Shown here: in pieces, positions 37,743 to 49,500 of the stretch
Layout of the letters: every line of letters begins with the position of its first letter
Position numbering within the stretch: position 1 is the stretch's first letter
From: Nemertoderma westbladi
Taxonomy: Eukaryota > Animalia > Xenacoelomorpha
DNA length: 64,000 nt
Direction of reading: 5' to 3'
Assembly: GCA_032718475.1 (NCBI GenBank)
Contig: JAUCBJ010006472.1
Span: 17,312-81,311 of the forward strand
Made by a program: the position numbers and the translations under genes
Notes under the pieces: generated by a model
The model's database searches: none
Seen by the model: the letters and a program-made list of their open reading frames with translations, nothing else
What the model was told of the DNA's origin: nothing

Positions 37743-40196
37743 ATTGTATTATATTAACATAACATATTACATACTAACATAGGCCTATTGTTTTACCCGC
37801 TGTCTGATATTCTTACAATCAATTTTCTACAGTACTTTTGTTATAATTCCTGTATCCTGTTTCTGTACATACCCCATATGCCATACCCATACCGGTACGG
37901 AAATTTGTTCCACACTGACAGACTGGCTGACTGATAGCAGGATAGTGATATAAGTACCGGTACCATAAAACAGCAACGGGGTGATACATTTTTTTAGCTT
38001 TCTGCCTTTAAATTTAACTGTCTGACTGTGAATAAAGTTTGAAGTTTTTATCCTACAGTACAGAGTTGGACATGGACAATCCAAAGTTGGGTGAAGTTGG
38101 AAGTCCGATTTTGGCGAATAGCACTCGCGCTCGCAAAAATAAAAAATGGTAAACCGGTAATTACTTTGGCAGTTTGGGGACCGTTGTGCCTTGTGCGTTG
38201 AATGAATGATGAAACACTTTTACCAGTTTACATATAGGCCTAGTTACATACTGACTCTGACATATAAGCTAATTTTTATAACTTTTACATACCGATAAAA
38301 AAAAATTTTTACATTTAAATTAAAATTTTTTTTTATAGGCCTAAACATATTTATTCATAAATAAGTCAGTAAGTCTGTAAGTAGGCCTACCGGTAGCGGT
38401 AGGCAGGTAGGCGGTAGGCCTACCCCAACACAACACACGTCATAAACTCAGAAACTAATTGAGGGAAAGGGGCAGTTTACAGACTGACAGAGGCAGCTTT
38501 TCTAACCAAAACAATAAACGGTCACTTTCTGACTGTACCAATTAAAGAATTGAGGGAAACGATCAGGTTACAGAGGCTGAGAGCGAGAGGCGGGCTTTTC
38601 TAACCAAACCAATAAGTATAATTACTTCTGTACTTGGGGACAGCCAGACCGTTGTATACTACTAGGATCGGCATGCTGCATTGCAGCTGCAATTTTAACC
38701 CTGCCCCGGTATGGTAAAAAATTATCCTTCACCGGTAACATGGGGTATTTTTATACCCCAAATTGATAAGACATTTTAAGTAACATTAAACAGAAAAACA
38801 CTTGCAATCCCCCTCCCAGAATTTGCCAAATGGTGAAAAAATAAGTTGTGAATTTTTTTTTGAATTTGGTTGAAGTCTACCCAACGCTCAATGCCACAAA
38901 AGTTATCCCACTACAATCGCGATCATCGTTAACGTCGCGATGGGGCGTTTTGCAACAAGATACTATCATAGCGAAGCATTAGCCTGTTAGCTGTAAGAGT
39001 GTTTCTCATTTTAGGTTTTTTAGTGGTGTTATGGGTCAAGAACACCCTGAAATATACCATTGCAGTTCCAATAAGCATAAAATGAGTCAAATTCTCAAAT
39101 ACCACCACTAAAAGTCAACAAAGTGATATATATATACAGATATATCACCTCGCAATAGCACAAGATCTTGAATTGTAATATGAAATATACACCATGACTG
39201 CAAAAGTATTGATGATTTGGTCATAAAATGTGATTATTGTCCAACTAAATTATACATTGCAGTTTCAATGAACCCAAAATGAGACCCAAAAGGCCAGAAC
39301 ACCTCTAAGAAAGCCTACACAATAAGAATTATTCACATATACTTCGCAATCTATCGCATCGCGATTAGGCCGAAGTCTTGGCTTGTGAAATACAGGCCAT
39401 ACACTATACAGTAGCTTCATAATACTGATAATTTGGTCTTAAAAGACAAAGTTAAAACATGCCTATAGCTGTCTAGTACAACTAAATCGACCATAACCAT
39501 AACCATAACCAACGAGCACCATAACGTTATGGGGTATTTTTATACCCCATCTTACCTAACTACTGAACTAAGTTGTTTTCAAATTAAGGGCCTATAACAT
39601 TTTTCCTAAACAAAATTTTATGGGTTTGACCCACACAATCGTTAGATTACAAGTTTTTCGGACAGTCGGAAGATACTATGAAGTTGGACATACATCAGTC
39701 GGTGAGAAGTCAAAAATTGGACTTCAAGTCCAATTTTAGATTTCAAGTCCAATTTTGGACTCCAAAGTCCAATATTGGACTTTAGTACTACTCCAAGTGT
39801 ACCCATGCAGCCATACTATAGGCCTATATCGGTATTTAAATCAAAACTGCATCCCGCATCCGCATCAGTACATATAGGCCTATATTACATAATTACAATG
39901 CAACATTATTTTAATGATCAAATTAATTATTATATATAAGTATTATACTGTTATAAGCAGGGATCGCACAAGTACAGTCAGACATCAGTAGCTACTTTTT
40001 GCGGTAGTGGTATGGCTTTGCGGTAGCCTTACTGCCTTAGCGGTGTATACCGCAACCGCGGTAGCGGTAGTTGAGTTATAGCTGTATAGTTCATTCATAC
40101 CCATACCTGTGGTATTTTCGTATGGAAAAATAAGACTACTGTAAACTGTAACCTATTATGTTATTGAGTTAATGTTTATTGACTATAATTGTTTTG

Positions 40197-41451
40197 ATTA
40201 GGTTCAGTGTCAAGTACAATGTACACATCTCTGCATCTCCAACCAGACACTAGGGCTCGATCGGAGCTCCGGCCTCCGGCTCCGGCTCCGGCCATTTTGG
40301 CACCTCCGGCTCCTGCTCCGGCTCCGGTAAAAATATTGCCGGAGTTAATTTTTTAATAAAGTATTATATTTCGTGCATATTCTAATCTGAACAATTATTT
40401 AACACTATAAGTACTGTCTGACTGTAGTACCAGAGTACAGCTTCAATATCAAGGTATAATCTGATAATACTGCAGTAGGCCTATTTACTTAAAGTCAATG
40501 ACTGACTGACTGTACTGCAGTACTGGTACTGTCCAGCTGGCTGACTAGCAGACTATTACAGATAGGCCCTACCTGCCTACTGTAAAAAATTGTAAATGCT
40601 ATGATTGTACACTGTCAGACAGTCAGACTGTACCACTGCAGCCATTTACTGCTGTCATGCCAGCATACTGTACTGCAGTACTGGTACACGTACGGTAGGC
40701 TACCTACAGTACACACCTCTACTGCTCTACCACAGTTAGACAGTTAGTGAGTTAGGTACTGTAGGTAATTTTTAGACGTCAGCGTCAGGCCGTCGCCGTC
40801 AGCGTCAGGCCGTCTGTCCGTGATAAATTAATTACTTAAATTTTAAATTAAAATTCGTAAATCTATAAATTATGAAATTAATTAGACCTACAGTAGGATT
40901 GATTATGAGCGATTGGCGAACGATAACCATACTTTATTTTTTTAAAAATAAATAATTAAATTTTTTAAATTTTGAAAAACTCCGGCTCCTGCTCCGGCTC
41001 CGGCCAAATTGTCCAACTCCGGCTCCTGCTCCGGCTCCGGCCAAATCCCAACTCCGATCGAGCCCTACCAGACACTATATAACATTGGATTTGGAGGTGT
41101 CTCATTCAGTCATTGGTTGTTGGTTCCCCCAAGCTTGACACTAGAACAAAGCCGCCTCCGCTTTGCAGGACCTTGCTTTAAGCCGTGAGGACCAGCCAGT
41201 GCACCTCATGAAGTGAATAAGCATGGTTGACAGCCCATGACTTTCTTGAGACGCATATTTCTTACTGTCTTAACATAAGGGACACTGGCCTTGAAGATGC
41301 GGATGATCTAGCAAATGTCATGGGTGATAAGGCTGTAAGGGTGTAAGGGAGTTGTGGAGGCGCATTTTTGTCAACAAGCCGGCACAACATTATTGGGCCT
41401 ATACAGATATATAATGCAGCTGCAATGCAGCATGCCGATTGTAGTAGTAGT
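40197..41451 (+). mobile_element. LINE family A 3' fragment split by a hAT MITE
   Basis: 40197-40250 and 41068-41451 together match 59688-60057; ends gtagtagtagta. Confidence 0.8.
40251..41067. mobile_element. hAT-type MITE, 8-bp TSD
   Basis: ccagacac|TAGGGCTCGATCGGAG ... CTCCGATCGAGCCCTA|ccagacac; subterminal ctccgg repeats. Confidence 0.9.
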
Positions 41452-42065
41452 ATATGGTGATGTGATAGGGCTCCTTCAATTGGTAATGTCAAAAGTGGCC
41501 GATTATTGTTTTAGTTAAAAAAAGCCTGCCTCTGTAACCTGTTCCTTTCCCTCAATTGGTTTATGATTATGACGTGTGTTACTTCTTACTTCTGTACTTA
41601 TTATGTGGAGATCCCAACACGTTAATCAGTTACTAATCCCCTTTCATTATCCAGCCGTTTTAAAATACCCTTCCTCTGTTGTATGGAAAAATTAGAAGAG
41701 ATGGTGGTAGCAGGTAGCATCAACTTGTACTGTAGTATTTCTTTCTGATAGGGCTCCCATAGGCTTAGACGAAATCGCAGCTTGTACTGTAGTTAGCCTT
41801 AGCAGCAGCTGCAGTTGGCAAACCTGGCACTGGCATTGCTACCAGTTTCCACCAAATATAATTTGTAATTAAATATTTGTTGGAGCATAATCTAATCTAG
41901 TCCTAAAGACTCTAAAGTCCTGGGTACATAAGGCTGTAAGCAGGTAAGGTTAGACATAACATGAATGTAAATTGTAAACTAAACAATATGCTAAAAGCAG
42001 AAAAGTAAAGTACAAAGTACCTAGAATGCTAGAATGTACCATTATATTCTAAATAGGCCTACAGC

Positions 42066-42125
42066 AGGGGTAAATCTTTTCGACCTACGCGTAGGCCTAC
42101 GCGTAGGTCGAAAAGATTTACCCCT
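42066..42125. repeat. Perfect 60-bp spacerless palindrome flanked by ACAGC direct repeats
   Basis: aggggtaaatcttttcgacctacgcgtagg|cctacgcgtaggtcgaaaagatttacccct. Confidence 0.9.
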
Positions 42126-43894
42126 ACAGCAGTACAGTACACTGAAGATACATACAGAGCTGCAAAGGTAACTTTCCATAACTTAATAGCTGTCTGGCTG
42201 TCTCTCATCTGTCATGCTTCAAGTACCTTTAAGTTTGATTCTCAATGTCACGTCCAAAATTGGACTTAAAGTCTAATATTGGACTTTTGTAAAAATTCAA
42301 AGCCTTATAAAAAAAGTTCCCCCTGGTGAATTTCAGGTCCCCCTGTTCAAAACTCTTATTTTTTGATATATTTTCGATTAAAAAAAAAAAATCCCGCCTG
42401 ATCCAATTACCCAAGGCCCTGGAACAATTGGCTGATTTGAAGTCCAATATTGGACTCACAGAAGTCCAATTTTGGACTTGAACTGGAGTTGAAGTCCAAT
42501 TTTGGACTCAAGTCCAATTTTTGACTTCTCACCGACAGTACATAATATGAGAGATTGTCGAAAAATATCAAAAGTAATCCCATTGCTGCCTTGGGGTATT
42601 ATTTTACGCCACGTTACCGAGGGAGGGTTAAGAATGCTGAGACCCTGCCGTTGTATGAAACACTTGTATTTGTATATATCAGTACTGCAGTATACAGGTA
42701 TATTTTATATCCGGAACCGGAACCGCTTATTTTATGAAACACTTTTTAAAATTTTTCTATAAATATTTTTTTTCATAAATAAATAGGGAGGGGGGGGGGG
42801 GGGGGGGGGCTACTGGCGTAACAGACAATTTTCACTCCCCATCTCAGCATCTGCCCATGCAAAATCACTCCCTGCATGGTCTGCCGGTTAAAATTCCCTT
42901 GTGAATTTTAGCCCCCTCCAAGCAAGCCTGACGCCTCCAGTGAAAACTCCTGCATTTATAAATCTTCACTCTCTGACTCTGCCTGTCTGCGCAACGCAAA
43001 TCCATCCCCGGTTAAAGTTCGCTAGTGTATTTTCACTCCCGTTATATTTTTTGTATCTTCTACAGTATTCGACTTTATTTACGTAATGCAGGTAATGATT
43101 ATTCAAGAACACGAAATCATTTACTGATTTACTACATTTTTTTATTTACTACATTACACAATTTAATTTACTACATTTATTTACATTGAGTAAGGAACCA
43201 TCAGGCAGTCAGGAATTGAAGAGTGCAGTAATTAGAATATTGCAGTAACTTGTATAGGTCTCTAAAGTCTAAATCAGACAGCAGTAAACTGCGTACTGCA
43301 TAGTACAAATACTACCGGTACTAAAAGAAATAAATAGTACCTGTAAAATACAATTTCAAACCATTTCAATTTATTTTGTAACTCCATCTCCTGATCTCGT
43401 CGCTCCAATTTTATTAAATAATTGATCAACAACAAAAAAAGTACCAATTTAAGACAGTAAGAATAAAATTACGGTACGTTACATGGAAAAAAACGGGTAG
43501 AACATTTTTTCAATATTCTCTCGACCCTTTATTAATCTTGGCAGCTTGGTGACGCTCGGTAAATAAAACCACGAAAATTCCTCGAGAATAGTGAAAAAAG
43601 TTCTACTTTTCCCATGTAATAAAAAAATTATTCCATTCTGTAATATTGGTAATTTGCATACCGGTAGTGGACTGTCACTCTGTCAGCAGTGTCAGGCCTC
43701 AGGAATATTGCTGTATTGTAATACAATAACACTTATAAAGGATTACGAAACAACAGAACAATGTTAGATGGACCTACAAAAATCGTAGTTCTTACAGTGA
43801 CAGTATTACTGTAGCCGATTTTAACTAAAATAATAAAATAATTGTCGTGACTAAAATAATAAAGTCGCGACTAAAATAATAAAGTCGCGACTAA

Positions 43895-44906
43895 AGCGAA
43901 TAGATAAGGATGGAACGCATAAACTCCTTCGTAAGCGCGTCCAGGATAATAACGATGGCGCGAATCACAATGTAAATCAGTGTTCGCTTCCCAAGCTCTG
44001 ATGTAACGTAGTGTGATCATTTCATCTACGCTTTCCAAATCGTGATTAAAAGGGCAATCGAAACTGGCGTGTCCCTTTAGTTGACAATGGGGACATTGAG
44101 TCATAAATTGAGGGCAAACCGCAAAAATGTGCAAGTTATTGAGTCTGCAATATGCACAATAAATTTCCATCGCCGGTTGTTCGTGGAAATAGGAACAGCG
44201 GACGTTTGTGTCCTTCAGTTTGTTGGTTGGGTCTAGGGCATTCGTCACAATAACACCAAAGACGTACGTCCTGTAGAGGAAACGCGTGTGATCGTTCTCC
44301 AGTTTTGCAATATTCTTCCATTTGTTCAAAACTATCCGGGATAACAGGTAGTGGACGATCGGCGGTAAGATACATCATAGTGAAATAGAGCCGTTTGAGT
44401 TCTACCATAGGGTCATGATGTATACCTTGAGGATATCGAGTCTCTAGGTTCTGCTGACTGGCGATGTTGAGATAGGTTTCTCTCAAAAATTCCAGGTAGT
44501 CGTTGAAGTCGATGCGTTTATCCGGTTCTTCAACGTTTTCTCTTTCCAGTCTGTTACGAATAGAATTTTCGTGTTCTATTCTCGGTTTATCGTTACGACT
44601 CCGCTGGGTATGATATTTAAATAGAACCATTTCCCTTTCATCGTCCGTATCATGTAAATCGGTAGGATGGCTGGTAGTTAAGAAGTCCATATACGTACCA
44701 TTACGATTCGTATAGCGAGCGGTGAATTTTCGATAATCCAATTCACGCGCAAGTTGCTCTTGGGACATCGGCGGTTCGATATAACGACCATCGTCCTTCG
44801 TAATGGTTGGATCGGCTTCACCGCGTATTAAGCTATCCACAAATGCTTGTAAAGGTAGAGTATATCGCTCCCTAATACCAAGATCATCTTCTATCAACTC
44901 CGTCAT
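43895..44906 (-). pseudogene. Accessory ORF of the BEL element (second copy, frameshifted and truncated)
   Basis: MTELIEDDLGIRERY...; second frame DTNVRC...CAYCRLNNLHIFAVCPQFMTQCPHCQLKGHASFDCP. Confidence 0.7.
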
Positions 44907-46535
44907 ATCTGCTATCTGAGTTTATTAATATCAAAATGAGTTTATGTTTAGGCGAGCGGGCGTCGCTGCCTACCTCTCTTTGCCCCCGGACAGTGGGATT
45001 CTCAGCGCCGATGTACCGTCGTCGCGGTGTTTACACCAACATGTAGCAACAGCACGACAACGATAACCGGCACAAGTCACTCCACTGTCCATCCCAAAGG
45101 CTTGGATCCACTTTAGGTTCTTTCTATAGGAGATTTGGGCTACTTTTACAATTGCGACTAGCTACTGTAAACATACTTTAGCAGTAACATTCACCTATAA
45201 ACGCACAAATTCCACACAACTGTCACCAATTGTACACATACAGGCCATTTGTCCGTTAGTCAGTGCCTTCCAGAATGTCACTTTATTACTGTGTATCCTT
45301 GGATACTAACAGTGTGCTATGTATTCTCTATGCTATGCAATGGGACAAGCTTTCTATTGTTCTTTTAACTTGCTTCTAATTCTAGCGTGGGTGTTGCTAT
45401 GGTGACATTATGGAAAGCTAGCGGTAGAATTAGGGTAATTCCAATGCATACAGATCTGGAATGCTATTTAATAGTAATTCTTTAATTGTCAATATCCTCT
45501 TTATGTATGATTTTATTAATTTTATCGGCTATTGACTATATATTTTGGAGATTCTCGCACTCTAATACACTCAATAGGATGAATCTCCGCTCCCATGATC
45601 TATTAATTAATGGAATTTTGGGAATGTTATAATTTGCACAAATGACAATTTATGAAATTCATTTAAGATATGAATTTAAATTTATTCCCGTGAATTTTAT
45701 TATTTGATGGTAAAATTGACACAATTTTATTCCAGAGCATGTCTGGGGACCTAGGATCCTTAATTCTGTAAAATTGTCTTTTAAGAATATCGGTAAGTGC
45801 TACGATATCTTAATTGACTAGAAATTTTAAAGGATCTGAATTTTACAGATTTTAATAAATATTAAATTAATATTTAAGATGGGCACCGATTTATTCCAGA
45901 ACTTGTCTGGGGACGTTAACCACTGATTCTAGAATTTGTCTTTCAAGTATATCGGTGGGTGCCGCGATATCTTAATCGACTAGAATTACAGATGGTCAAA
46001 AGGTTTAACAGATTTATTTGCATTTTACGCTACTGTTATAGGGACATCACGCTACTATATGTATTATTTAATATAAAGTAGAAGAGCAATATCGCACGAA
46101 GCAATGTCAGTGTGAAGAGGCAAGTCGTTTCCAAGGTCTACCCAGAGCTTGGTTTAGCCGAGACACGAGGATCTGAACTTTGCATTCCTAATACTCTGCC
46201 TACCAATAATACTTAAATATAGTAGGAGCTTTATTGTACTTTAATAAGTACGGACATTTCATCTTACTGTAGTCACGTATTTATAATATGATACGGACAG
46301 TAAGGAAAGAGAAAAAATAATTATTTCTCGCCGTCGCACTAAATATATTATAAGTAATTACGTACGTAATAAACACTAATATATTGCACTAATCTACTAA
46401 ATAATCACTAAAATAACATTCTACTAAATAAAATTAAAGGAAACGATTATAATAAAATTACATAATAATACATACATAAATATAAAATAAAAACAAATAT
46501 AAAATGATATAGTCACACGCCCACTCCATATGTTA

Positions 46536-49500
46536 TTACGTTATGGAGTCCCTAGATATTTGTCGGATTAGGGAAGTGGTCGTAGGAAGAGTATCTTGCC
46601 TTCCATAGTTTCCGGACAGTTTTCGGTCTCTTTCCAGTAAACATAAACGACTAGCTGGGCGATTGAGTTGTTGTGTTACTTTCTCCGCTCCCTTGGCCTG
46701 TCTAATCTCCGCCGTGGTAAGATGAGGAGGCCATTCTTCTTCTTCTTTACTTAAGAAGTCGGATCCACCTAACCAGCCTGGAGTATCTATCAGTTCTTGA
46801 GGAGTTGCTCCTCTGGAAGCGATGTCGGCTGGATTAATCGTCCCAAGGCAATGTCTCCATTGATCTACATTGGAGTTAATATCGTCATTATCTGAGGAGT
46901 ATGGTGTTCCCTCAGTTGGATCGTCCACATCACTGCTCTCCACTTCCCATTCCTTTACTTGGTATACCTGTTGTTGAGGTAATCTCTCTTTGAGAGTTCT
47001 ACGGGAAGGGCCAGTGAAGTACCAACCTACTCTAGTTCTTACCGCATAGGTTTGTAGTGGCTGCGGTTGAGCAGGCCGTTTCTCCAATGTCTCGAGCGCC
47101 TCATGCGCGTTTTGGCCGATGAGTATTTGCACTCCAGGATAATCTGTCTGGAATCGAGGTATCTTAAGCTGTTGGATGCTCTCGTCCTCATCCCAGTTAT
47201 AAGGTTCTACTTGGGTAGTAGCGAAGTTCTTTATAGCCACCATTTTTACTGACCTTATACTTTGTGCTCCTAATTTATCCTGGGGGGTGGACAACGCACC
47301 TACATAGTAATCTGCCGTTATGGTAGATTTCCAAACCTGCATAATTCCGGACATATTCAACTTAGTTTGGAATTTGGGTTGTCCAGCAAAGATATCTTCG
47401 GCTAGTTCTTGATCGATGAATGTTCCTGTGCTGCCGGAGTCAAGGAGGGCGTTCACTATGTAACTTTTGGTAGGACCGTGAACTCTTACCTGCACTACAG
47501 GAAATTCTCTGATTCCTACGTTGGAAGTTGGAGCTTTCCAAGATGGTTGTCTGTCAAAGGTAGTTGGGGGGAACTCATTGTCGGTGTCCTTTTCGTAAGT
47601 AAGTGCTCGATACACCGCGGTATTGATTAGGTAACAGGATTCGTTGGCGTCGGAGAATTCGTCAGTATAGAATCCTTCCATCTCAGACTCTTGATCAGTG
47701 TCATTTACATCACTGAATTGGACATGTAGTTCGGGCTCACTTACCTGACTCGGGTTGTCTCGTTCGAACTCACTGTGTAACAAGATGTGATGTTTCGCGC
47801 CACACTTTGCACACTTTACGTCGGAGTAACAGGTTCGCCGTTGGTGTCCTGATCTGAGGCAATTATAGCATAACCGCTTATCCCACATGACTGCACGTCT
47901 GTCTACAAGGGATTTCTTTAGAAATTCAGCACACGCACTCAAACGGTGGGGCCCGTCGCACAGCGCACAGTTTGGTTTGATGTTACTCACTTTACCTTGG
48001 GTAACGTGATGCACTCTCGTTCTTTCTTCGGGCTTTCTTCCGTGAATTCTCTTAGGAGACGTAGGAGGAGTTGTTGTTACCTGTTCTCTCCTGTCACTGG
48101 TTTGAGACTTATATTTACTTACGTCTTTATAGGTCTTGTTGTCATAGTAAGATTTTGCTGTGTCTTTCCCGCTGTCCTCTTCTTGAGAAGCTTGGCTTTC
48201 GCCGTCGTCAGTATAACACACTGGTATTACCCTTCTCCTAGAAACGGGTTTCTCACTTACCTTATTTTCCGATGTTTTCTCTCTGGACTGCTTTATGAGT
48301 TGTAATTTTACTTCACTATCTAAGAAGGACATGAGATCAGCCATGGTAGGGCCTCGTCGTTGCTGCTCATTCATATACAACACTTTCTTGTCCCAGCGTG
48401 TACATACTCCACCCTTTGGTAAAGTAGAGACTACGGCTCCAATAACCATGGAACTCTGATATTCATGAGACTTACCTAACCAATCCAATTGTCTACAGAT
48501 CTCCTGAATCTCATCGGAAAACTCTATAATCCCGCTACTAAGGAACTTTCGGGGGGCTACTAATTTTGCATACAAATACTTAGCTATGTTATCCTTGTTA
48601 CCATACCTGATGTTTAATGTATCCCAAACTTGTCTTAATCCATCTGGATGTCCAATAAACTTTAACGCCATTAACTTGGGAGGTCCTTCCAAGCACTTGA
48701 TGAGGAACCTAAGTTTCTCTCTGTTAGATAGTACAGAGTTCTGTATGCTATCTTTGTAATATTCATTGAAAGGTAACCATTTCATCTCATCTCCATTGAA
48801 TTTGACGATCTCTCCCACTTTGACCGCTTGGCGGGCTTCTGTTCTAGCCATCTGACGCGTAAAGCTTTCTTGGGCCATCGTGTTATTTAATATCGAATTA
48901 TCGGTATATAAATTTCTCGGATCATTATCAGGTCTATAGGGAATATCATTAACAACAGGTTTATAATCACCCTTAATAGGGTTTGCTATAGGAGTTTCTA
49001 CTTCACTAGCAGTATAGATGCGTGTAGGCTCCACACCTTGCGCATGTGATACTTCAGACCTAACAGGTTGACACAATGTTACTGGGGGTATTGGTATACC
49101 CTTTTGTATATTGACTAATTTGTCGCGTTCTAGCGCGATACTTTGCTGCACTTCTTGCAATTCTGCCCTACCTTCCCTTACTGTTCCCTTAAGTTGGTGG
49201 ACAGTCTCCTGCATCTGTCCGAGCAGGAGATTCATCCCCCGCCGTCCCTCCTCTACCCACTCGGCCGCCGAAGCGGGAGTCGCCAACATTGTAGCGGGCT
49301 GACGCGGGACGACGGGAGACAAATCTTTGATTTCTCTCTCAGCTTCCAGGACAGGGATATTCTCATGGACTGTTCTACCGGGTACAGGCAGTGTAGTACT
49401 GTGTAAAGGGAATTTAGAGTTAAGCTCTGGAAGTACAGGGGTCTCTAGCACAGGAGTGACTTTGGGAACGACAGGCCTAATTATTTCAGGCTCATCAACT

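Larger units (their letters stand above)
39696..42538. mobile_element. TIR element with 5-bp TSD (TACAT) and AAGTCCAA subterminal repeats
   Basis: tacat|cagtcggtgagaagtcaaaaattggact ... agtccaatttttgacttctcaccgacag|tacat. Confidence 0.8.
38699..42627. mobile_element. Non-autonomous piggyBac-like element, inserted at TTAA within a tiny LINE-A tail
   Basis: TTAA|CCCTGCCCCGGTA ... TACCGAGGGAGGG|TTAA; subterminal ggggtatt..tacccc motifs; the flanks rejoin as the LINE-A tail gcagctgcaattTTAAgaatgctg. Confidence 0.8.

Noticed and set aside
44030-44160. Nanos-type zinc finger in the accessory ORF
   Set aside because: Superficial CP..CPxC..G.H....CP likeness, but spacing fits CCHC knuckles rather than the Nanos CX2CX12HX10C pattern.
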